DNA of 64,000 bases, taken from Epithemia pelagica. Its lineage: Eukaryota > Protista > Bacillariophyta. This document shows, one piece after another, positions 57,101 through 64,000 of the stretch; position 1 is the first letter of the stretch, and every line of letters begins with the position of its first letter. Under the pieces are notes generated by a model. The model was given only the letters and a program-made list of their open reading frames with translations. It made no database searches and had not been told where the DNA came from. The stretch spans positions 5,332,001-5,396,000 of the forward strand of contig OX337228.1 of the NCBI GenBank assembly GCA_946965045.2, read 5' to 3'. Both the position numbers and the translations under genes were made by a program.

Positions 57101-57522
57101 AGGCAAAGCTTGGTGAAGTCTGCATTGATTCTCCAATGATCGTAATCGGCCTTGGTGAGGTTCAACCAGGTTGAACGGGATATATCACACTGCTGCAGGG
57201 TTGAGGTTTGTTCTCGTGACCAATATGCTAGGATCTTCAGTTGATGCCTTGTATACGTCTTCAGGTTCATCGTCTTGTTCCCATACTTGTATTGTCCAAG
57301 GTCCTTGATATTCTTTTCTGGATTGACTGCAAGATAGTCGATGACATTCAGAATGTGTTCGAAACCACTATGTTTTATCCATTGATGAAGGGCTTGAGCT
57401 CGTTCCTCATCACATTCAAATAGATGCTGGGTGATATGATTGAACACTTGTGTATCTGATATGTCAGGCGGTACTGAGTCGTCAGAAGGAAGAGAAGGTG
57501 TCTTGGGGTATGTTGGATCCAT
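54112..57522 (-). CDS. Element B single ORF, 1136 aa: gag-like N-terminus fused to degenerate pol relics
   Basis: Gag-like VFNHITQHLF..WIKHSG..WLNLTKADYDHWR..ISNLCLDDSWHGTT. RT relics IKYKFGYQV, DIWGAKVGNA, KGLKSSGA and ADPNVWMK. No recognisable YVDD, integrase core or RNase H. The stop lies inside the 3' LTR. Confidence 0.75.
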   Translation of the reverse strand: MDPTYPKTPSLPSDDSVPPDISDTQVFNHITQHLFECDEERAQALHQWIKHSGFEHILNVIDYLAVNPEKNIKDLGQYKYGNKTMNLKTYTRHQLKILAYWSREQTSTLQQCDISRSTWLNLTKADYDHWRINADFTKLCLNQGWISSFRLAKREVLRLNNYISNLCLDDSWHGTTYQFLLHFQHQFHLLDNLGSMFDHIPGHSTRMTFLMKAVEKVPDLRQVNILSGAKTLCYQSYFRLLLDAAYDHDQATRSPKSNQRKHTKQHDFQYDQDFDTNNPSPKEMHDRIKRTNMKTKDSSSLPKISLPGNLWSKLTDNSRQVIIAYNKSTQNASTIACKEQTHTLDIDPEPDPDPGSSTRIDDIIQDASKDRQDNFSDLIPRFVPQVVTNIDVNHPTSDLANLVSNTKATSTLNDCLENNNCKQKVQISRCLLSRMSTFSGNNQVTGFNHWHLDPMQDTAPSSRTVENDGNPNDAFGKYTNRVACNLNLLLDLPYDHGPDTPSFFTPLLGEYFSKPNLQDQNMAENRYQTVKRATYVVTVSGHIPLEILNGRPPGITHPLFFLIWDKAPYFTESYALSHRPYPPSFVTALGYWRLVFAPPIGDTLSLDTQTLCYSAILHDASRPPSSNLCVDTSSGEESLPNKPNGKQADIVFISSKGEDPSTQIPTIKHDDTIEQPFLVYDPEENGEQRQPYNGEQPQPCLIRCVIDLEQDALKQEDCIKYTFCKSISDIDKIISYRQHMEYIKQDNQAQETEDDVFQFRDVVADQEPSSISNNPDYKRSHCNILVGWETGEMIYEPPSLMVNDAYAKKHDLLNELGWKHLKRFVKTNKCLVQAAKQQSRIKQVCRSIKYKFGYQVSMTNEELVVLLDKQHGKRKWHDTTEVELFQASQIQSLTKVKDYVQAQFKRREMINASPEEYHKNKIQIHFVKHDDSRPALLITDEAFTKEPVEAIVLCTTSIHNFHTTTCLGILNDMDIWGAKVGNAHDLEALSGEKILIVARQELKESGHTLITHKASKGLKSSGACRRDCFFDIPLDIDLSPTKADPNVWMKKAPGEHSSKGTDKTYQLKNDELITYCLRYPYESVRDTLSVSIGNSRKYGPRSRSYSSGEETFRSMTRKITILTRRIVGSVRILTFN

Positions 57523-58012
57523 GGTAGTATATGGTTGGTTCGTTGTTTATTTAATGTGTGGTGTGATCTGAACCCGGATGTACCACGTGTGTGCCACGTA
57601 TGTAAGTACCCGGATGTGTGTTGTGCTGGGAACCCGGATGTGCGGAACTCGGTTTTGTCTCTGGTTTGTTGTGGAAACTACTTAAAGATACTTATCCTTG
57701 GTCACTTCCGGACTCGTTGCGGTGATCGAGTTGAACCGGGGAGTCAGGAATAGTGGTAGCTTCCTCGTCTTGCTCGTAGTCCTCAACAAAGTACTGGTCA
57801 GGTGAGTATTGGGAAGGTAGTTGCACGGAGTCCTGGTCCAGCTTGAGGTCCTGGAATAGGAGAGGGTTGGTGACCCTAGCCTCAGCCAGGCTGGCCCTGT
57901 TGTTGGGTTGGGTAGTTTTGTCCTCTAACTCTTGTTTGTTGGGGTAGCTCAATCTGTAATGGGTGCAGATGGGTAAGTAAGGTATCCAATGCAACTGCAG
58001 GGCAATGAGCGA

Positions 58013-58026
58013 TGAGACTGTTAATC
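58013..58026 (-). promoter_or_regulatory. Element B primer-binding site GATTAACAGTCTCA (candidate half-tRNA-Asn primer)
   Basis: It abuts the 5' LTR. The plus strand reads TGAGA-CTGTTAA-TC, an anticodon stem with a GTT loop. It is identical to the site in element C. Confidence 0.75.
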
Positions 58027-58783
58027 TAGTAGAACTCTCATTGAGAATTCAGAAGGGTAATAGGTAGTTGGGTAAAAGGCTCGCTGAGCCGACAATCGAA
58101 TCACCAACCGATACAACAATCCTCCACGGGTCAGAGAAGAGTTGCAAGTCGAGGTCCGCCGTGGGTGGGGGCAGTCGGTCCACTGATAAGAGGTTAGTCT
58201 TAAGATGAGTGTTAAAATGGTGATATTAATGATTGTGAGATGATTACTAACTAAGGTGTTTGATGAAGGTCGAGGTCCTGGCTCTTGTATACGGCCATGG
58301 ATCTGGTGTGATAGGTCCTCAAATGGTTGGAGTAGACCTGCATTGTTGTATTGAAAGTATATGCAGTTGTATATCATATACCAATGCCAACAGCTCTTGC
58401 TTTGTTGTGATATAGGTAGTTTTCTTGGCGCGTTGTTGATTGCATTCTTGGAATTGTGGGAATGGAAATATGGTCTCGCGTGATCGTGATTCGTGCTTTG
58501 ATTACTTAGGTTGTTGAGGTAAGTCGTGGAGGTGCTCACTCGGATCGTGATTGCGCGCGCTTGAGAATATTGGGCGCGCACGTGATGGGCCATAGTCAAT
58601 ATCCGAGCGGTCGCCGATAGCGCGTGCATTGCGAGCATGCCTTGGCCAAAATTAAAGGTCCACGAGCATGCCGTCATTCTTTTCTCACTTTTACACAAAT
58701 GTCATCGGATGCCATAAAATACTAGCATCAGTCGATGTGTTGTAGATTCCACCACCAGCTAGTTAAAGGTGAGAATCCTAACA
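58027..58783 (-). repeat. Element B 5' LTR (757 bp)
   Basis: Direct repeat of 53380-54136. Confidence 0.97.
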
Positions 58784-58979
58784 GAGAATTCTAACTGCCT
58801 TACAAGTTGGTGACTTGGACCGAAGCTGTACCCCAGCTTTATCTAAGCCCCTTGTAGAAGACAAGGATGGAGATCCCCCACAAGGTAGATACAACTACGC
58901 AAGTGTGATTGGGATGCTTCAGTATTTACAAGCGCACAGTCGCCCCGACATCACCTATGCGGTGAGTCAATGTGCACGC
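58784..58979 (+). pseudogene. pol: Element A RT fragment stranded between insertions B and C
   Basis: Translates as ILTALQVGDLDRSCTP..YNYASVIGMLQYLQAHSRPDITYAVSQCAR, a canonical copia RT C-terminal region. Confidence 0.95.
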
Positions 58980-59612
58980 TCGCAAAGGTTAAAGGGCGTC
59001 TGCCCAAACAGGAATGTGGTGAGTGTTAGGTTTTAGAGGCTGTACCAAAGCCTCAGCAGACAGAGAGCAAAGAGGACGATCAGGAGTCACCAACTACGTA
59101 GCCAGTTCCCCACGGGTCAAGGAAAAGGCCAACAACTACTAGGAGAGTAGGTAGGACACAAAGAGATGTGATGAATGGTGAGATTTTAGATTGTGAGCTT
59201 TATTCTAGATTTGTATGTCTTTCCCCATGGCTGTCTTTGCTGCCACATTAGGTTATTATCCCCAGTACTGGGTACAGAGATCCTACGTGCATTTCTTCCC
59301 AAATGTACTAAGGCTACGAGGATCTACTGGGTCATATCTCTAATGTACCGTGGCTACGTATCCTGTACGTATCCTTGGATGGTTGTCCATTTCCCAATGA
59401 CCACAGGTTCTCACATGTATCTTTGATTCTCACATGTAAGCCAATGTTGGTAGTCCCGTCATGGTCAATGGCGCCAATCTCGTCTTCTATAGCATACCTA
59501 GAGAACTAGTTATGATAGTTCGAGTCTTGTCTACGGTGTGTTAAGTGAATCAACCACAAGAAGGTGTACTCCTTATCGAGACGACTCGATCGGATACCTA
59601 TAACTTGTGCGA
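58980..59612 (-). repeat. Element C 3' LTR (633 bp)
   Basis: Near-identical to 62577-63209; I spotted one difference (ggacgatc vs ggacaatc). Termini are 5'-TCGCA...TGCGA-3'. Confidence 0.97.
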
Positions 59613-61391
59613 CTCCCCTTGATTCAGATTTACACACCAAATCAAATTGACACACCAAATTTCCAACAAATCTTGATTTTTCCCCAATTTCTCGTGCATA
59701 ATGAACATTTGTCATTGAACGCATAGCTCGGCTAGTCCTGCTAGCATTGACACAGAAAACCATAGGTCCCCTAGGACTTAGTTTTCTCCAACTCTTTAAA
59801 TTTCTCCCCATATTGTCTCCCCATGGCATGCCAAATCTAAGTCCATCATTTCCTTTATGATAGATGTGTTTGCCTCCACATGCCTCTGATGAATTTGTCG
59901 TCACAAAAGGTAGTGATCGTCCTCTATGTTTCATCTTGTGGATGAAGAGGAGATTGATAATGTAGCCATTGCTGATTCCATCATGATCGTCTAGAAAAAT
60001 GATTTCATGGCTAATATTATGTTCATCAAAATAATCCTCCATTCCTGAGTCTTCTCCATCAATAAAATCATCATCACAACGATGATATCCCTTCTGAGCT
60101 CCACTTCCATTGCCATCATAGTTTACTTCTCCCCATTCGACTCTATTTGGGTAGTCAACATAGTGCGAAGTAGCTCTCTGTCCGTGTTCATCCGGTTGGT
60201 CTTTTTCCAAACATATTGCCCCCCTTTCTGATGTTGGAAGGTCTTTTTCCAGAACTAGTGCTCTCCCATTTGCTGCTGAAGGGAAATTCTTTGGAACTGT
60301 CACCCCCTCTTTGCATTTTGGTTGCGAGATTGATCTAGATAAAACTAGCTTCTCTCCAAGCGATGCTAAATAGCTAGAACTAGTGTGATCGATCTTGACT
60401 CCAAGTTGATTGCCATCATAGCTAGCTTTAGGATTGTTCAAGGCTTCGTTGACTCCATTGCCAGCATAGCTAGATGAAAGGTTACCCATGATTTGTTCAT
60501 TCTTGATATTACAAGAACCATCATCTTGGTTCATCTCTATTCCATCATTCTGAACTCTCACTTTAGGTCTAGCCAAGTGATCAGATAGATTTCCCAGCTC
60601 TGCCTCAATTGGGTTGCCATTGTCTCCCAGCTTTGCCCCAGTTGCGTTGCCATGATCATTGTCTTGGATACCTACTTGGGTTCCAGATACAGAGCCAGGA
60701 TTGATTCTCTGTGTGCGTCCAAATGCTTTGCCACCATGATATTCGTGCTGTACTCCATGTGGGTATCCAGAGAAAGGATACCTAATATTAATGTGGTTGC
60801 GCAAGACAACATAGTTTTTAGTCTTGAGTGTAATCTTGAATCCGAGTATGGTCCGTCTGTCAACCGAAGATATCTGTTTCGCGATGATGTCACACGTGTG
60901 ATCAGAACTATCTAGTAGGACTAGACTTGGAAGAGGTAGATCAGGATCTAGATACTGATGATTGACGGAAAATTGGTCACGCCAGTCAACAAACTCTTGG
61001 TAGCTAAGATCTAGTAAGTCCGTATCATTCTCGTGAAATGCATCTTGTCAATAGCCCACATAGCTAGGTCCTCTAGTGCATATTCCACTGTTTTGGGTAG
61101 CAAAATAGGTTCCGATGTAGTTGGAGCTAGGAATCCATTTGTACTGTTGAGAAAAAGCTTGATGTCCATAGATAGAATCTCAACAACCTCAGAAAAAGAA
61201 TCATAACCGTTGTACTCCATCCAGGCACAGAAAGGAACTAGGTATCGTGGACACTGGAATACAGTACAGAAGATGTGACCTAAACTTTCTAGATGAGTTT
61301 CCTCCAGTGCTAGATTCTCCCCAACACTCAGAGAGAAAGTCAGGTCAGCATTGCCTTGAGTCTCTGTCATACTTCTTGCTGTCTGATTCAT
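59506..61391 (-). pseudogene. Element C gag-like ORF split by one frameshift near 61040 (about 628 aa if repaired)
   Basis: 61391-61011 is gag-like (SLGHIFCTVFQCP..WMEYNGYDSF). A second frame is open from about 61047 to 59506 and begins ..LLDLSYQEFVDWRDQF, which resembles the WLNLTKADYDHWR segment of B. It then becomes N/G/D-rich and ends inside the 3' LTR. Confidence 0.6.
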
Positions 61392-62562
61392 AAACTAGTG
61401 AGATAAGATTGTCGTTCCTACCGATGATCCCTCTGGCTTGCCGCCACCAGGTGGTAGTCTACCCTAATCCGTCTCCCCAGTCGCAGAAAAATAGTGTGCC
61501 ACACCCCCGATGGGGTGGGGCTGCCTTCGTCACCAAGACCCCGCCTTGAAGATTACTCTCTATCCTTCAGGTACTATAAGACTTCAAAAGAATTGGTGTG
61601 ATATTACAACCAAGCGATAAGATGATCCAGACTGGGAGTAATGCCAATGGGCTCGCAATGCGAAGCTATTTTTATATGGCGCACTTCCGCTGCAGGGTTT
61701 AGGCACAACTAACGTAAACGTTAAGTTGGCAACGTCTGACAGTCTGTCCTTGTCTCCACACACCCGGGATTGCCAGTCCCTAGCTTAATCTCCACGTGTA
61801 AGAAAATTTCAGTCCTAGATGCGACTCCAAGTCATGATGATGACGTCATCCAAATCTCCAAGAAATTCACGGGACTCTCCAAAACGTGACTCCAAAAATG
61901 ACAGAAACGCGACCGTCGCGGGAATTGATCGTCCACGGAATGATATCGCAAATCTGTTCACAGCACAGAGAAGAGAGCCTGAACGCCTGGCGAGCGTCAG
62001 CAACAGATGCGTTGTGAGAAAGACAAAGGTGTGCCGGAACACGCGAAGGAGTACCTGTTGAGTACTTGAACTTCGCCCCCCTTTACGGTATCCAGCCGGT
62101 CTGGCAAGGATCGCCCTCTTTTCAGTCTTGCGACTTACTTGTACGTAAAGTACGGGATGGGGGAATACGACAGTCTCGAAGGACTGGGAATCTGGTTGCC
62201 CGTTGGATTGGTTACCCCGGATAGGTCCCCAGATTCTGGATGAACAAAACACACCCCCAAATTTTCGGTTCACGTTACACAGAAAACTGACCCAGTACAA
62301 AATCAGATGATCGCCACGCGCGAGTTCCCCCAAGCAACAAGACACGATCGTCTCACAAACAAAGGAGGTGAAAACTCGGAGAAGACAATCGAGAGCAGCA
62401 ATCAACCAGATCCGACAACAAAGTCCACGGGACAGGCAACAAGATGGACAAGAAACAGCAAAATGTTGTTTCCATCCACAAGGGATGATGAAAAGCCACA
62501 AGCAGAAGCAATCCAAGAAAGGCAAACAACAATCAACCACAAACCTGACTCAGAGAGTCTGT

Positions 62563-62576
62563 TGAGACTGTTAATC
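62563..62576 (-). promoter_or_regulatory. Element C primer-binding site GATTAACAGTCTCA
   Basis: It abuts the 5' LTR and is identical over 14 nt to the site in B, while the flanking sequence is unrelated. Confidence 0.75.
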
Positions 62577-63209
62577 TCGCAAAGGTTAAAGGGCGTCTGC
62601 CCAAACAGGAATGTGGTGAGTGTTAGGTTTTAGAGGCTGTACCAAAGCCTCAGCAGACAGAGAGCAAAGAGGACAATCAGGAGTCACCAACTACGTAGCC
62701 AGTTCCCCACGGGTCAAGGAAAAGGCCAACAACTACTAGGAGAGTAGGTAGGACACAAAGAGATGTGATGAATGGTGAGATTTTAGATTGTGAGCTTTAT
62801 TCTAGATTTGTATGTCTTTCCCCATGGCTGTCTTTGCTGCCACATTAGGTTATTATCCCCAGTACTGGGTACAGAGATCCTACGTGCATTTCTTCCCAAA
62901 TGTACTAAGGCTACGAGGATCTACTGGGTCATATCTCTAATGTACCGTGGCTACGTATCCTGTACGTATCCTTGGATGGTTGTCCATTTCCCAATGACCA
63001 CAGGTTCTCACATGTATCTTTGATTCTCACATGTAAGCCAATGTTGGTAGTCCCGTCATGGTCAATGGCGCCAATCTCGTCTTCTATAGCATACCTAGAG
63101 AACTAGTTATGATAGTTCGAGTCTTGTCTACGGTGTGTTAAGTGAATCAACCACAAGAAGGTGTACTCCTTATCGAGACGACTCGATCGGATACCTATAA
63201 CTTGTGCGA
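62577..63209 (-). repeat. Element C 5' LTR (633 bp)
   Basis: Direct repeat of 58980-59612. Confidence 0.97.
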
Positions 63210-63838
63210 CACGCTTTGCCTTTAGCCCAAAGAGGTCACATGAGCAAGCCGTTGAAAAGATTGGACAGTACCTTAAGCATACGCAAGATCAAGGACTGAT
63301 CCTTAAGCCCTCCACGAATCTGGACATCGACTGTTTTGTCGACGCCGACTTCGCTGGTTTGTGGCCCTATGAAGAAAAATTGGATTCGACCTGCGTGAAA
63401 AGTCGCACGGGATTCGCTATCTGTTTGGCAAACTGTCCCATGGTCTGGACAAGCAAATTACAAAGTTCGATTGCCTTGAGCACCATGGAGGCCGAATACA
63501 ACGCATTGAGTGAGTCGTTGAAGTCGGTCCTACCACTACGAGAGCTGTTGACCCACGTTGCAGAAGGAGTTGGGCTCAGCAAAGAATATACAACAACATT
63601 TAAGACGACAGTCTGGGAAGATAACATGGGAGCCTTGACTTTGGCCAACCTAGAACCTGGACGGATCACACCTCGGTCGAAATACTACGCAGTGAAGATG
63701 CACTGGTTTCGACAACATATAAGCGATCGGCTGCGAGTCGTCAAAGTTGATACGACACAACAGCGCGCCGACATTCTGACCAAAGGTCTTACACAATCCA
63801 CGTTTGAGCACATTCGGAAGCTCCTCTGTGGATGGTAA
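63210..63838 (+). pseudogene. pol: Element A pol 3' part (end of RT and RNase H)
   Basis: Ty1/copia RNase H motifs CFVDADFAG, STMEAEY, WEDNMGA and QRADILTKGL. Confidence 0.95.
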
Positions 63839-63899
63839 CCACCAAATCTATTCTCACAATTTACATCTTTAAAGTCCATTATCTCATCCGTGTTCGGCT

Positions 63900-64000
63900 G
63901 AGAGGGAGTGAAAAGGGTGCGACCTAATGGAGACTAGCCTAGAGCTGACTCACAAGGTCCTACGTCACCTTGCCCAACCAGCCTCACACTTGGACTGACG
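63900..64000 (+). repeat. Element A polypurine tract (63900-63908) and partial 3' LTR (63909 to window end)
   Basis: GAGAGGGAG is followed by TGAAAAGGGTGCG..., identical to the start of the 5' LTR. Confidence 0.97.

Larger units (their letters stand above)
53380..58783 (-). mobile_element. Element B: non-autonomous copia-derived LTR element (5404 bp) inserted antisense in the RT of A
   Basis: Two 757-bp LTRs, 5-bp TSD gagaa (53375-53379 and 58784-58788), PBS and PPT. Removing it restores the host reading L-I-K-R-I-L-T-A. Confidence 0.97.
58980..63209 (-). mobile_element. Element C: non-autonomous LTR element (4230 bp) inserted antisense in the RT of A
   Basis: Two 633-bp LTRs, 5-bp TSD cacgc (58975-58979 and 63210-63214), PBS and PPT CAAGGGGAG. 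Removing it restores the host reading C-A-R-F-A-F-S. Confidence 0.97.
47259..64000 (+). mobile_element. Element A: decayed Ty1/copia LTR retrotransposon (about 7 kb without insertions), host of nested elements B and C; 3' LTR cut by the window edge
   Basis: 5' LTR, PBS, gag with zinc knuckle, pol in PR-IN-RT-RH order, PPT and 3' LTR are all present. Confidence 0.97.

Noticed and set aside
58013-58026. tRNA-Asn-like sequence as a tRNA gene (also at 62563-62576)
   Set aside because: Only the anticodon arm is present, with no acceptor, D or T arms. Its position marks it as a PBS.
58021-58698. 225-aa ORF inside element B LTRs (also 53371-54051)
   Set aside because: It has a non-ATG start, no recognisable motifs, and termini that depend on sequence outside the LTR. 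It is probably a chance open frame, although its length is notable.
61011-61047. Programmed -1 ribosomal frameshift in element C
   Set aside because: There is no X-XXY-YYZ slippery heptamer in the overlap, so a 1-nt deletion is simpler.
61815-62540. 241-aa Cys/Leu-rich ORF in the element C leader
   Set aside because: It has an alternative start and its composition mirrors the A/C-rich opposite strand. There is no supporting motif.

Overview
Gene-dense eukaryotic nuclear DNA, most likely from a pennate diatom. This is inferred from short GT-AG introns of 74-117 nt, several signal-peptide plus Phe bipartite plastid presequences, a nuclear ycf34, a fused TrpE(G) and diatom-type copia elements. 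Bases 1-4.9 kb hold an intact IS630/Tc1/mariner-like DDE transposase with a very long D-to-E spacing. In tandem with it is a SET-domain ORF that runs off the window edge and is absent from the supplied ORF track. Bases 5.4-46.3 kb hold about 20 ordinary host genes (RPS8, eIF1A, Tim17-family, WD40, IQ-repeat, SPPL protease, ycf34, anthranilate synthase, PDZ, dual kinase, HtrL-like, PUS7, helicase-associated domain, SEC14, SLC4 and unknowns). Bases 47.3-64 kb are a nested retrotransposon stack. A decayed Ty1/copia element (A, half-tRNA-iMet-type PBS) has its RT domain interrupted by two young, antisense, non-autonomous LTR elements (B, 5404 bp; C, 4230 bp), each with a 5-bp TSD. B and C have different LTRs and non-canonical termini (TG..TA and TC..GA). 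They share an identical 14-nt PBS that reads as the anticodon arm of tRNA-Asn(GUU), which is the most novel-looking signal in the window. All calls come from manual reading and motif recognition; no database searches were run.
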